From an uncultured Methanoregulaceae archaeon (GTDB lineage: Archaea > Halobacteriota > Methanomicrobia > Methanomicrobiales > Methanospirillaceae), in contig OY969564.1 in NCBI GenBank assembly GCA_963701095.1, positions 288,001 through 352,000 of the forward strand: DNA of 64,000 nucleotides, given 5' to 3'. Positions 21,532-32,553 of this stretch are shown in pieces. Within the stretch, counting starts at the first letter, position 1; the number at the start of each line of letters is the position of its first letter. The position numbers and the translations under genes are program-made. Below the pieces are notes generated by a model. That model ran no database searches. It was not told the origin of the DNA and saw only the letters and a program-made list of their open reading frames with translations.

Positions 21532-24145
21532 CTAGACGCTTACGGTAGTTTTCTTCTCAATGGGTGTTTTCTTATCGATAAATGAGGAATACCTCCGATA
21601 GAACCACACTTTCCCGAGTTCTACAATCAGTACATACCCAACTACAAGGCATACCAATGCACCAAAGAACGCAGTAGGGGGCGTTACAAAGCCAAAGAAA
21701 GTGCCAAGGATGGTCAGGGGCAGGATACAACCCACTGCAGTTATCGTCCCAGCACATACCACAAGCTGCCAGGCTCGGTTTACTCTTGTAGAATGGTACT
21801 ACCCGGGTCCTGATGACAAATACAATCAGCGTCTGGGTACAGATCGATTCGATAAACCAGGAAGTCTGGAAAAGGGCTGGACTTGCATCGAAGATATACA
21901 GCAGAATGGCGAATGTGATAAAATCAAAGATCGAGCTGAGTGGTCCGAATAATATTGTGAAATCTTTGATGAACCTGATGTCCCAGGTCTTGGGCGTCTC
22001 CGTGTATGAGGGATCTACGTTATCTGATGGGATGGCCACTTGCGAAATACTGTACAACAGGTTGTTGAGTAGAATCTGGATGGGGAGCATGGGAAGAAAT
22101 GGGAGGAACAATGAGGCTCCGGCAACACTGAACATATTCCCGAAATTGGAGCTGGTATTCATCAGGATATACTTCATGGTATTCCCGACAGTCTTTCTCC
22201 CCTCTATGACCCCGTCATGAAGTATACGGAGATCGTTTTTTAACAGGATAATATCAGCGGATTCCTTTGCAATATCGACCGCATTTGCAACCGATATGCC
22301 GACATCTGCTTCCCTGATCGATGGAGCATCGTTGATCCCATCACCCATAAATCCGACAACATGGCCGTTGCGCTTGAGCGCGTTCATTACCCGGTTCTTC
22401 TGGACCGGTGTCATCCGTGAGAAAATGGTTACTCCATCTACAACCCGGGCAAGCGCCTCGAGATCGAGGTGTTCGATATCGGCGCCGGTCAGGACTCCTT
22501 TCACCGGAAGGCCGATCAGTTCGCAGGTTTTCCGGGTCACGAGCTCGTTGTCCCCGGTAAGTATCTTGAGCTCGATCCCGGATCGGGCAAGGAGCTCCAC
22601 CGATTCGCGTGTACTTTCTTTGGGAGGATCGATAAACGTGATAAGGCCGGACAAGACCATCTCTTTTTCATCAGCTACGGTAAATGCGGTCTGGGCAGTT
22701 TTCAGGAACCGGTAACATACCGCAAGTGTCCGAAACCCTTGTGTACTCTGGTCATGGTAAATCTGTTGAATACGGTTGCGAGCCTGATCATCGAGCGGCT
22801 GGATTTTGCCACCCCGATCCTCACTCGAACATATACTCAAAATCTCTTCCGGGGCTCCTTTGGAGATGATGAGCACGCCGTCTTTTGTTACCGCGACGAC
22901 GGATTCGCGCCTGCGAACAAAATCAAACGGGATCTCATCCATCTTGGAGCAATCGTTGATGTCGAGATGCCGGAATCGTAATACCGCCTCATCAAGAGGG
23001 CTTTTGAGCCCCGAACTGAAAATGCTGTTAATATAGGAATAATTGAGCACAGCCTCGCTGTCATTTCCTTCTGTATCAAGATGGTGTACAAGGGCAATCT
23101 GGTTCTCGGTCAGGGTACCGGTTTTGTCTGTACACAGAATATCCATACTCCCGAAGTTCTGGATTGATGCAGGGTGCTTGACAATAGCCCCCTTTTCTGA
23201 CATTGATATTGCCCCTTTCGAAAGGTTGAGGGAAAGAATCATGGGAAGAAGTTCGGGCACCATGCCCACAGCGAGTGCAACAGAAAACAGTAGTGAATCA
23301 AGAACGTCGTGTTTAAAAAGTGCATTAACAAAGAAAACAAAAACCACTAAGGCGAAGATAAATTGGGTCATTAAATAACTGAAATGTTTTAATCCCCGCT
23401 CAAATTCTGTTTCCGGGGGTCGAGCGACCAGGGTTTTAGCTACGCTGCCAAATTCCGTATCCGGCCCGGTCTTTGTCACTACAGCTGTCGCGGTTCCGCT
23501 GACGACCGATGTGCCAAGAAAGATATAATTCTCTGCTTCACTCAGGGCTTTTGCCGGATCTGAAAGCGTAGGTATCTTCTCAACAGGATATGGTTCACCC
23601 GTCAGGGCTGACTGGTTTACGAATAAATCCCTGCCAGTAAGCATCCGGGCGTCGGCTGGAACAATATCCCCGGCAGACAAAGAGATAATATCCCCGGGAA
23701 CCAGTTCGAAAATAGGCAGTTCCTGTTCCTTGCCGTCACGGAGAACTGTAGCTTTTGTGATAATTTTCTGCCTGAGCAGGTCAGCAGCATGCCCTGCTTT
23801 ATATTCCTGGAAAAAATCAAGGGTAACACTGATGAGGACGATGATGATGATTATAACGGCACTGATGACCCCACCGGTGAATGCGGAAATTACTGCTGCA
23901 AGGAGCAGGATGATAACCAGAAAATTTTTGAAATGATCCAGAAACTGAAGAATGATCGGTCGCTGGCGTATTCGGGCAACATCATTCGGGCCAAACTTTA
24001 CCAGACGTACTGAAGCTTCAGGAGAGGTGAGGCCCTGTCGTGTAGTCCCAAGAGCTGCCAAAACCTCCGTCTCTGTTGCTGAATGAAACGGGAAATTTAC
24101 GATTTTCGGGTCACGGGCCTGTGTATCTTTAGATTTTCCGATCAT
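21532..24145 (-). CDS. mgtA: Mg2+-translocating P-type ATPase (frameshift near 21770)
   Basis: TGE, PELLP, DKTGTLT, KGAPE, GDGINDAP, SSNFGNMFS, NLLY. Confidence 0.9.
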
Positions 24146-24439
24146 ATCCGGTGGTTTCTCCTGTAGGGTAGGGTTACCTGTCGGAATTAAAGAGTCCTTC
24201 GGTCATTTATCATAAAATGGAGGTCGATAGATTATTCTGATTCAGAAATGTTTCATGTGGTTTTTTCTTTGGTTTGTCACAGCATTATACCTGTGAAAAA
24301 TTTCTTGTAGGTAACGATATGTTTTTCTGGTTTCGATGCATTCGTGAAATTTGTAGAAGGATCGGAAATGGAAGCAAAAACATCAGAACGCATATAAGGA
24401 CATTAAAGCAGTTATTACAGAGCAGCATGAGTGATGTAA

Positions 24440-25063
24440 ATGTATACAATTCTCGTAGTAGATGACAGCCTGTTTGTCGTTGATGTATTTGTTACCATGC
24501 TTGAACGGGGGGGATACAGCAGCTTTGCGGCGTATGGTGGTGAAGAATGCCTTGAAATTCTCAAGACCGTAAAACCGGATCTTATTCTTCTTGATATTAT
24601 GATGGAGCCAATGGACGGTTGGAAGACGTTAGAGAAAATCAAGGAAAACTCTACCACAAAAGATATTCCAGTACCCATGCTTACCGCAAAGCCGCTCACG
24701 CCAACTGAAGCCGAGAAATATGGAGCCCTTATCGAAGATTACGTCCTTAAACCTATCACCGACCGCGAGCTTTATGATGCTGTTGAACATGTCTTCGGCA
24801 GGCGGGAAACTATCAGGTCAGACATGGCCCGGGCCCGCCAGTCCGGGGTCGATTTTGATATTGTCAACGAATATGCCCTTCTTTCCACCAGCGTCGATGT
24901 AAATAAAAAACTGCTGAAAATTCTTGACACAACCTATAATGCTAAGAATGCGAAAGGCGCAACGAGCAGCAGTATCTCAAAGGCATTAAAAAATATTGGT
25001 GCTACCATCAAGTTCCAGGAGACCCGCCTCCAGGAGCTTAAAGAAGAAATAAAAATGACATAG
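24440..25063 (+). CDS. Response regulator, paralogue of 15222..15845
   Basis: Same length (207 aa) and motifs PDLILLDIMMEPMDGW, IEDYVLKP, FQxTRLQ. Confidence 0.9.
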   Translation: MYTILVVDDSLFVVDVFVTMLERGGYSSFAAYGGEECLEILKTVKPDLILLDIMMEPMDGWKTLEKIKENSTTKDIPVPMLTAKPLTPTEAEKYGALIEDYVLKPITDRELYDAVEHVFGRRETIRSDMARARQSGVDFDIVNEYALLSTSVDVNKKLLKILDTTYNAKNAKGATSSSISKALKNIGATIKFQETRLQELKEEIKMT

Positions 25064-25251
25064 AACGGTTGCCAAATAGTCTTCCGGTTAACCTCATTGC
25101 TCGAATTTTGTTTCATGGTATGTGCATCAGAGAAAATTCCATTAAAAATAAGGCATATAATCCTTTCAATACAGCGGGCATTAAAAAGAAGTGCTAAAAT
25201 ATTGGAACCATTCTTTTAGTATCGATGGGAGTATAGGTACCTGAGCGGGAA

Positions 25252-26358
25252 TTGGTTATCATGTTTCGGGGCCCACGAGCTATTTTCAAACGGGATTTTA
25301 TAAAATTCTTAAACAGCCCGTTTATTATCTTCTCGTCGCTCCTCATCCCCGTTATGTATCTCGTCGTTTTTGGCAGCGCCCTCGGAGGGACCCTCACCCA
25401 TATCCCGGTCGGGGTCGTCCAGGAAGTCCCGCCGTATGCCGACACGCCGCTTTTTACCAATGCTTCATATCAGCTCAATCATATCAGTCAGGGTAGCGCG
25501 AATGACGCCGAAAAACAGCTTGACGTTACGGTTTACCCGGACGAAACACAGGCTTTACAGGATCTCAAAAACGGGAAGATTGCTGCCGTTATTGTATTTC
25601 CCTCGTCAGTGTCAAATGATAACACAGTCAGAATTTATGAAGACAGCTCGGATTCTGTTACGCCTCCCGTAATCGAAAATGGAGTAATGCAGGTTCTTCG
25701 CGAATTGGGAGCGAATATTTCGGTCTCTATCGACAAAATCTATGGGGATATTACCTACATCCAGTTTTTTGGCGTAGGGGTTATCATGATGGCCATCTTT
25801 ACTTCCACGTCCTTTGGAGGTGGCATAGCCCTTATAAAAGACCGTGAGAACGGCATCCACGAAGGCTATCTCGTTACGCCGGTGAAACGATCCAGTATTG
25901 TCCTTGGGATTATTTCCAGTGGCACTGTCCGGGCATTTATTGCGGGGTTTGTCATCTTTTGGATCGATTTGCTGGCGACCGGAATCACCCTTCAGAGTTT
26001 CCAGGATTTTGTACTTGTCCTTCTTGTGATCCTCATCGCGAGTGTTGGTGTGACTAGTTTTGTCGTCTCTTTTGCCACCAGGTTCTCGTCACAGCAGGAA
26101 TACGGGCCGGTTATAGCCTTTTTCAACCTTATCCTCTTTATGACCTCTGGCGCATTTTACCCGGTAATTGGCATGCCCGGGTGGCTTCGCTGGATCACGG
26201 TCATTAATCCGGAATATTATGGCATTCATGCCCTGAGAAGTATTATCCTGAAAAACCAGGGTCTCAACGTGATTGGTATCGACCTTGTTGCACTCATGAT
26301 TTTCTCATCGATAATGATTATTATCGGTATTACCACATTCAAGCGGACGCTCGAATAA
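25252..26358 (+). CDS. ABC-2 type transporter permease
   Basis: FKRDFIKF, DRENG..LVTPV, SGAFYPV..MPGWL..INP. Confidence 0.85.
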   Translation: MVIMFRGPRAIFKRDFIKFLNSPFIIFSSLLIPVMYLVVFGSALGGTLTHIPVGVVQEVPPYADTPLFTNASYQLNHISQGSANDAEKQLDVTVYPDETQALQDLKNGKIAAVIVFPSSVSNDNTVRIYEDSSDSVTPPVIENGVMQVLRELGANISVSIDKIYGDITYIQFFGVGVIMMAIFTSTSFGGGIALIKDRENGIHEGYLVTPVKRSSIVLGIISSGTVRAFIAGFVIFWIDLLATGITLQSFQDFVLVLLVILIASVGVTSFVVSFATRFSSQQEYGPVIAFFNLILFMTSGAFYPVIGMPGWLRWITVINPEYYGIHALRSIILKNQGLNVIGIDLVALMIFSSIMIIIGITTFKRTLE

Positions 26359-26376
26359 AATAGACTGGTCTTTGAA

Positions 26377-27066
26377 TTAGTCGTCGTGGCCGTGGAGAAT
26401 AATAAGTGTAATCGTGCGATCACTTCCTGCCTGCAACGCTTGATTTTTAAGAGCCTCGCAAGAAGTTTCTACATTCTCATCATTTATTTCCACAACCGAC
26501 TTGATTTCTTCCCGTTTAACGTAATCATACAATCCCGAGGAGCTAAGGACCATAAAAGAATTTAGGAGATTTACCCGGTGGAACTCCGAATCTTTGAGCA
26601 CGATCGGTTCACCCAACGTATGCGAAATAACCTTCTTTAATAATGAACCTGATTTCTCGGCAAAGGGTATTTCACGAGGGATAACAATGCCACTATCCGG
26701 AGAAATATAGTACACGCTTCCGTTTCCCGTATCAAGAATCGTGCAGTCCAGATTATCATCAACAAGACACGCACAGAGATCCGTCCCCAAACCGGCATGT
26801 AGTCTTTTTTGCCCATCTCTCTCACCGATTTTTAAATCCGCGTCTGCGACTGCTTTTACAAGAATTTCTGACGGGTCATGGGTATTGTTTTTTACGGTGT
26901 CCCGCAGGGAATTGATCGCAATTTCGCTTGCTTTACGTCCAATGCCTGAACGCCCACTGGCAACCGCAAAAACTTCATAGGATCCAATCCTCTCTGCACA
27001 GAAAGAATCGTCGTTTGTTTCCGAAACTCCCCTTTCAGATATTGCAAACGAGTGGATATGAGCCAT
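26377..27066 (-). CDS. PP2C-like protein, probably catalytically degenerate
   Basis: PP2C layout (SERG..NDDS, FAVASG, GTDL, LSSSGL, SDRTITLI) with the DG aspartates replaced by Ser. Confidence 0.7.
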   Translation of the reverse strand: MAHIHSFAISERGVSETNDDSFCAERIGSYEVFAVASGRSGIGRKASEIAINSLRDTVKNNTHDPSEILVKAVADADLKIGERDGQKRLHAGLGTDLCACLVDDNLDCTILDTGNGSVYYISPDSGIVIPREIPFAEKSGSLLKKVISHTLGEPIVLKDSEFHRVNLLNSFMVLSSSGLYDYVKREEIKSVVEINDENVETSCEALKNQALQAGSDRTITLIILHGHDD

Positions 27067-27129
27067 ATAGTTGCTTCAAACGGATTATTGAAGAATAAAT
27101 ATTTGGATACTGACAACATCCTGCATAAT

Positions 27130-27825
27130 ATGGACAGACCTAAATTATTGTCGACCAGTGCAGTGGCTGAGAATTACGCAGGGTATACGTACCACCTTGA
27201 CGGGGAACTGGTTCCTGCACTTACGGTTGAATTAAAACCGGGACAATCGATCTTCTTCGAGCATCACATTCTGTTGTGGAAGGATACGGGAATAGTGATA
27301 AGCGTTCGTCCTATGAAAGGTGCCATGAAACGGATGATTGCCGGGATGCAGATATTTGTGACCGATGCAACCGGACCGGGTCAAATTGCATTTAGCCGTG
27401 ACGGGCCCGGTCACGTTTTTGGTTTTCATATGAAACCCGGTCAGGAGATTGATGTTCGTGAACATCAATTCCTTGCCGCAACGTCAAATCTCGAGTACAG
27501 TTACATACGGGTAAAGGGGTTTGCAAATATGATGTTTGGTGGCACCGGGTTTTTCATTGATAAGTTCCGGTGTTTAACCAATGATGGGATTCTCTGGATG
27601 CACGGTTACGGAAACGTATTCGAAAAGGTACTAGGTCCGGGTGAACAAATTGATGTCGAACCCGGCGGATGGCTCTACAAAGACGCAAGTGTGTCAATGG
27701 AAACAAACATCCAGTCGATATCGACTGGTCTCCTCGCGAGCATGAACATTATTACGAATCGGTTCACTGGTCCGGGACGGATCGCATTGCAATCGATGTA
27801 TATACATTACGCGTCTGGGGAATAG
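27130..27825 (+). CDS. AIM24 family protein
   Basis: LKPGQSIFFE, GPGQIAF, FGGTGFF, HGYG, FTGPGRIALQS. Confidence 0.85.
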   Translation: MDRPKLLSTSAVAENYAGYTYHLDGELVPALTVELKPGQSIFFEHHILLWKDTGIVISVRPMKGAMKRMIAGMQIFVTDATGPGQIAFSRDGPGHVFGFHMKPGQEIDVREHQFLAATSNLEYSYIRVKGFANMMFGGTGFFIDKFRCLTNDGILWMHGYGNVFEKVLGPGEQIDVEPGGWLYKDASVSMETNIQSISTGLLASMNIITNRFTGPGRIALQSMYIHYASGE

Positions 27826-27937
27826 ATGGATTTCTTTCTTTTTTGGTGATAAACAGTCCTTTAATTTGGTAACACATGGATAATTTTGAACCAACACAAA
27901 ATACTGATTGTTGTCATGAGAGCCCAAAACAGAAAGA

Positions 27938-27995
27938 TGCGAGGGATGGGATTCGAACCCAAGAACTCCTACGAGACTAGGCCCTCAACCTAGCG
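27938..27995 (-). pseudogene. Displaced 3' part of host tRNA-Leu(GAG) (left junction)
   Basis: Reverse complement gives CGCTAGG-TTGAGGG-CCTAG..GGGTTCGAATCCCATCCCTCGCA; D arm and 5' acceptor strand absent. Confidence 0.9.
27978..27995 (+). repeat. att core, left copy
   Basis: TAGGCCCTCAACCTAGCG, identical to 35956..35973. Confidence 0.88.
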
Positions 27996-28036
27996 GTAAA
28001 CAAAGGCACTATATCTTATGATGCAGATTAAGAATC

Positions 28037-29152
28037 ATGGAAGATGTTTTGACAAAATACAAGCGGCTCGATCCGGTCAATCATCGGTATTTCGTTGATT
28101 ATCTACGGTACCTCCAGCTTCGTAACATCCGGGAAACGACGATCACAACGAAACTCTGGAAGATCTACGGATACCTGATCTGGTCAGACTTCCGGGATGC
28201 GAAGACAGCACAACCGCAGGATCTCGAAAACTTCTATCTTCAGCGGAGAAAGGAGCGATCACCCATCACGGCATTTGGCGATATCCAAGAGCTCGCCCTG
28301 TTCTTCCGTTGGTTACTCCCGGACCGTGAGCTTGTCAAGTTCAAACCACAGAAGCCCCGGACCGACCTCCCGCCGGAAAAGGTCTTACAATCTGATAATA
28401 TACGGGGAATACTGGAATACTGCGAGTCACAGCGGGATCGTGCCCTGGTTGCCGTGGCATGGGATAGTGCGGCCCGTATCTCGGAGCTGCTCGATACCAA
28501 TATCGGGCACGTTGCCTTTGACCGGTACGGAGCGGTAATAAGTGTGAGCGGTAAGACCGGACGCCGTAATATCCGGCTCGTGAGCTCAGTACCGGACCTT
28601 CAGGCATGGATCAATATCCATCCTCTCAAAAACAACCCGGACGCCCCCCTCTTCGTGACTTCCCGGAGGCGTGGGAATACTTCACTATCCCGGCTCACCG
28701 TGCGCCGGGTGCAAAACATCTTTGCCCGGCTGGGAGATCTTGCAGGTTGCCAAAAGGACACCAATCCCCACGCATTCCGGCACGGGCGTCTTACAATCCG
28801 GGGCAAGCAGCTTACCGAGTCCGAACTTCGGGAGTATGCCGGATGGTCCAAGGGATCGAGCATGGCACAGGTCTATGTGCACCTGTCCAGCCGGGATATC
28901 GACAATAAGATCCTGGCGGTGGATGGGATCAAGCCGGAAGAAGAACCGGAGGCGGACCCGATGGCAGCGCAGATATGCCCCCGATGCAAGAAATCAAACG
29001 CCCCGGATGCGATGTACTGCGACAGATGCAGCATGGCACTTAATGATGAAGCCATGAAAAATATCACTGTGCTCCAAAATATCAATGAGGATCCGGACGC
29101 TCATGCGGAGTACGCGGTATGGCTGAAGGCGCGAAAAGAGAAGATGGTTTAA
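28037..29152 (+). CDS. Tyrosine integrase with C-terminal Zn ribbon
   Basis: AARISE (R), GKTG (K), HAFRHGR (HxxR), AGWS (W), VYVHL (Y); CPRC..CDRC; starts 41 bp from the att core. Confidence 0.93.
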   Translation: MEDVLTKYKRLDPVNHRYFVDYLRYLQLRNIRETTITTKLWKIYGYLIWSDFRDAKTAQPQDLENFYLQRRKERSPITAFGDIQELALFFRWLLPDRELVKFKPQKPRTDLPPEKVLQSDNIRGILEYCESQRDRALVAVAWDSAARISELLDTNIGHVAFDRYGAVISVSGKTGRRNIRLVSSVPDLQAWINIHPLKNNPDAPLFVTSRRRGNTSLSRLTVRRVQNIFARLGDLAGCQKDTNPHAFRHGRLTIRGKQLTESELREYAGWSKGSSMAQVYVHLSSRDIDNKILAVDGIKPEEEPEADPMAAQICPRCKKSNAPDAMYCDRCSMALNDEAMKNITVLQNINEDPDAHAEYAVWLKARKEKMV

Positions 29153-29419
29153 TTTCCCCCCGCGCATCCTCATTTTTTCTTAAAATCAAATACACCTTTT
29201 TGTAAAAATTCAAAGCGATTTTTCCGATTAAATCTCAGACCATTACAGAGTATTTTGTGTGGTTATTATCCTTGAATACCTTAAAGAAAATTCCAATTAT
29301 TATATTCTTTAAATCTTTAAAGGTAATTCTTGTAAAATTGGCTTAAATTTTAGAAATAAGCCCAAATATTGATTTTATTACCAAGAACGTTATATAGAAG
29401 AATTTTTGTATCTTTATTT

Positions 29420-29644
29420 ATGCAATCACCAACAGTAACAATACGGATTGATGCGGCCGCCCATGAAAGAGCTAGAAAAGCAGGACTATGCGTCAGTAAA
29501 ATTGCATCCCAAGCCCTAATTCGGGCAGCGGATACTCTTGAAGGAACGACAAGCAAAACCAAAGAACCCCGGGAGAGCCGCCAAGCATCACCCCGGGATA
29601 CCACTCCAAGAGGAGGGCAGGAAAATGTCAGTCCCTCAACTTGA
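29420..29644 (+). CDS. Small ribbon-helix-helix-like regulator
   Basis: TVTIRID..HERARKAGLCVSKIASQAL pattern; follows an AT-rich intergenic region. Confidence 0.55.
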   Translation: MQSPTVTIRIDAAAHERARKAGLCVSKIASQALIRAADTLEGTTSKTKEPRESRQASPRDTTPRGGQENVSPST

Positions 29645-29816
29645 TAAACCCGTTGTACCTGTACGGGTGCCTCGTGCGACAGTAGAGGCCTACCGGAAAA
29701 CAGAACCACTATTCACAGAGTTTCTTATTGAATCCGGGCGGGTTATCGTTCTAGAAAAAATGCCGAATTTGTCGGCGGGAGCGCAGGAGCATGGCATCAA
29801 ATCTTCTGCCGTCTGA
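29625..29816 (+). CDS. Small hypothetical element protein
   Basis: GGAGG RBS before ATG 29625; part of an overlapping ORF chain. Confidence 0.5.
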   Translation: MSVPQLDKPVVPVRVPRATVEAYRKTEPLFTEFLIESGRVIVLEKMPNLSAGAQEHGIKSSAV

Positions 29817-30021
29817 AATTCCCCAGGATCGAACTGACGTGTTGCACCTCTTACGGCAGCACGACGACGATATCGACGAGTTAAGCACGGACCAGCTCGC
29901 CGCCATTCGGAAAATTTACCGACTCGACGACCCTCGCACCATCACCGAACTTATCGCGGTAGGAGAGATCACTGTCAGTAAGAGGGATATCGAAGAAATT
30001 AAAGCGGGTGGGTTCGAATGA
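29791..30021 (+). CDS. Small acidic hypothetical element protein
   Basis: AGGAG RBS; overlaps both neighbours. Confidence 0.55.
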   Translation: MASNLLPSEIPQDRTDVLHLLRQHDDDIDELSTDQLAAIRKIYRLDDPRTITELIAVGEITVSKRDIEEIKAGGFE

Positions 30022-30284
30022 CAAAAAAAACGGCTCTCCAAAAGATGTTTTTTCTTCACGATCAGGAATGGTACATCCGCTCCCGGTTGGATGGTGCTAT
30101 CATCTCCCCTTCTGCGAGAGGGTGGGCCGAACACAATCCGAAGCTATCTCACCGTATAAACCGGGTAATCCCGGCGGGCAAAATCACCGATGATGTTTGG
30201 ATCGATTTCGTCAAAACCGAGATCGATCAGGCAAAAAAGGAAAACCGCCGGCCCGCTCCATGGGCCGAGGGGTTGCTACAATGA
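30018..30284 (+). CDS. Hypothetical element protein
   Basis: ATGA overlaps at both ends. Confidence 0.55.
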   Translation: MTKKTALQKMFFLHDQEWYIRSRLDGAIISPSARGWAEHNPKLSHRINRVIPAGKITDDVWIDFVKTEIDQAKKENRRPAPWAEGLLQ

Positions 30285-32041
30285 CAGCATCAGCACCGGC
30301 AGAACCCCAAGAGCATCCGGTACATCTTTGCTGCGATGATTATCCCGAGCCGGACGATCTCAAGAAGAAGGATCACATGGTCGGCAATGCTCTTGCCAAT
30401 GCCAAGACTTCCGAAGAGCTCGCCGCTGCGTTTAAAATGCGGCAGGATCAGGTTGCTGCCGAAGCCCCTACAGAGGCCTCAGAAGCCATGAAAACACCTA
30501 CCACGCCCGAACCCACTCCAATACCCAAGAAAGCCCCACAGAACGCGAATACGGCCATCCCTGTAGCACAAGAACCGCCCCGGGTACACCATGCGCCATT
30601 GCCGGCAACCCCGGCCAACATCTGGCAGTTTGATCCAGTCCATCATAGGCTTGTATTCACAGCAGCCGAGAAGGGAAGACAAGACCGTAAAAGCCTCCAG
30701 TGCAAGGAGTTTTCCCGATCGGATCTTGGCAACTCGCAACGATTTACCCTCCGGTTTAAAAGAGACGTTCGGTACAGCTTCCCTTTCAAGAGCTGGTTTA
30801 TCTGGGACGGCACCCGCTGGCAACAGGATAACCAGGGGCTGGTGTACGAGATCGGCAAGGAGGCCGTGTTTCGCCTTGGAGACGAGGCCCCACTCTACGA
30901 GTCTGAAGCAGAACGAACGGCAGCGTTTAAGTGGGCGGCAAGCAGTCAGAGTAAAAGCGCTATCGAAAACCTTGTTGCACTCTCTCGGTCATCGCTCCCG
31001 ATATCACCGGACGAACTCGACCGGGACCCGTACTTGTTCAATACCGTAAACGGCACTCTCAATTTGAAATCGATGGAATTCACAGGGCACCGGCAAGAAG
31101 ACTATATCACGAAAATGGCCGGGGGGGTCTATGTCCCTGAAGCCGAATGCCCTCTCTGGCAGGATCACCTTCAGCTTGTGTTCAGCAATGATGATGAATT
31201 CATCACCGGATTTCAGGAAATGTGCGGATATTCTCTTATTGCCGGCAACCCAGAGCAGATAATGTTTATTCTGCACGGGACGGGGAAGAACGGTAAAAGC
31301 GTTACCCTTGAAACGCTCTCTCGTGTGTGGGGGGAGTATGCGGTCAACATTGCACCGGAAAGCCTGATGCAGCGAAGGAATAACGAAGCCCCCCGGGGAG
31401 ATATTGCCCGGATCGCTGGCGCCCGGCTGATTACCTCATCTGAAGGTGAAGACGGCGCCCGGCTTGCTGAATCCATCATAAAGATGCTTACCGGCGGCGA
31501 CCGTGTAACCGTCCGGCGACTCTATGAAAAAGAGTTTGAGTTCATCCCCACCGGCAAAATCTGGTTAAGCACAAATCACAAGCCCGTGATATTTGGCACC
31601 GATGTTGCCATCTGGCGCCGTCTCTGGTTGGTCCCATTCAATGTCACGATCCCAGAAGAGCGGCGGGATACTCATATCTTGGAAAAGCTCGCGCTTGAAA
31701 GCCCGGGGATCCTGAACTGGTGCCTGGAAGGATTGGGAAGATATTTCACCAAGGGCAAACTTCTCAAACCGGCCCGGATCGCTGAAGCCTCCGAGACATA
31801 CCGGGATGAAAGCGATCTTCTAGGAGAGTTCCTCGCGGACCGGTGCATCATGCAGGGAGAGGTAGACAGGCGTGCATTGCTTGCTGAATACAAAAACTGG
31901 TGCAATGATGTTAATGAGAAACTCGTTACCAGCAAGCGTTTTGCCTCGCTCCTGCGGGACAGGGGAGTAACAGAACGCAAAGATCACGGTAACCGGTTAT
32001 GGGTGGGAATCAGCCTTGTTGGGCAGGTAAAATTTACCTAA
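30281..32041 (+). CDS. P4/D5-family replication protein (D5_N + SF3 helicase)
   Basis: SDLGNSQRF, WFIWDGTRW, NGTLNL, YITK, GTGKNGKS Walker A, IKMLTGGD..RRLY, TNHKP, WRRLWLVPF; ATG 30281 coupled to upstream stop. Confidence 0.9.
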   Translation: MTASAPAEPQEHPVHLCCDDYPEPDDLKKKDHMVGNALANAKTSEELAAAFKMRQDQVAAEAPTEASEAMKTPTTPEPTPIPKKAPQNANTAIPVAQEPPRVHHAPLPATPANIWQFDPVHHRLVFTAAEKGRQDRKSLQCKEFSRSDLGNSQRFTLRFKRDVRYSFPFKSWFIWDGTRWQQDNQGLVYEIGKEAVFRLGDEAPLYESEAERTAAFKWAASSQSKSAIENLVALSRSSLPISPDELDRDPYLFNTVNGTLNLKSMEFTGHRQEDYITKMAGGVYVPEAECPLWQDHLQLVFSNDDEFITGFQEMCGYSLIAGNPEQIMFILHGTGKNGKSVTLETLSRVWGEYAVNIAPESLMQRRNNEAPRGDIARIAGARLITSSEGEDGARLAESIIKMLTGGDRVTVRRLYEKEFEFIPTGKIWLSTNHKPVIFGTDVAIWRRLWLVPFNVTIPEERRDTHILEKLALESPGILNWCLEGLGRYFTKGKLLKPARIAEASETYRDESDLLGEFLADRCIMQGEVDRRALLAEYKNWCNDVNEKLVTSKRFASLLRDRGVTERKDHGNRLWVGISLVGQVKFT

Positions 32042-32097
32042 CTCTCCAATCCACTTTTCAACCACTTTCCAAAAAAAAATAAGCCCGTATAATGGCT

Positions 32098-32260
32098 AGG
32101 GGCAGCAAGGGGCAGATAATTATCTATTTCCGTAAAGTCTTCATGAAGAATCCTATAGAAAAAGTTTACAAAATAGGTATCTATGTGCCCTCTTCTGCCC
32201 TTTTCAAAAAAGAACCTCAAATTATAGAAATACGTTCCAATAAGCAATCTCTCCTGCCCT
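32098..32260. other. Putative replication origin (GGGCA iterons around AT-rich core)
   Basis: AGGGGCAG at 32098 and 32108; inverted GTGCCCT/CTGCCCT at 32185, 32195, 32254. Confidence 0.5.
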
Positions 32261-32553
32261 TTGTGAAATGGACGGTAGGAAAAACGCTCCTTTCTTCCCC
32301 CAGGTCCTTGCAACGAGGTAAGCATAGAGGTAATTATAAAGGCCATCATCACCAATGAAAACTTTTTTCATTCAGATACATGAGATCCCCGGACAACTTA
32401 ATTCCTGTAACGACTGATGACCGGGTCTCTCACACAATTATCTTATTGTAGAAAAATATGGGGGATTTTTACCCAAAAGTAAAGTGGACTTGGATAAGGA
32501 CAACCCCGCTTCAAAGACCCGGCCGGGGATCTCCAATGGAAATATACCCCAAC

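Noticed and set aside
32038..32358. Two overlapping ORFs (105 aa minus, 88 aa plus) after the helicase
   Set aside because: No motifs; the region is better explained as a non-coding origin.
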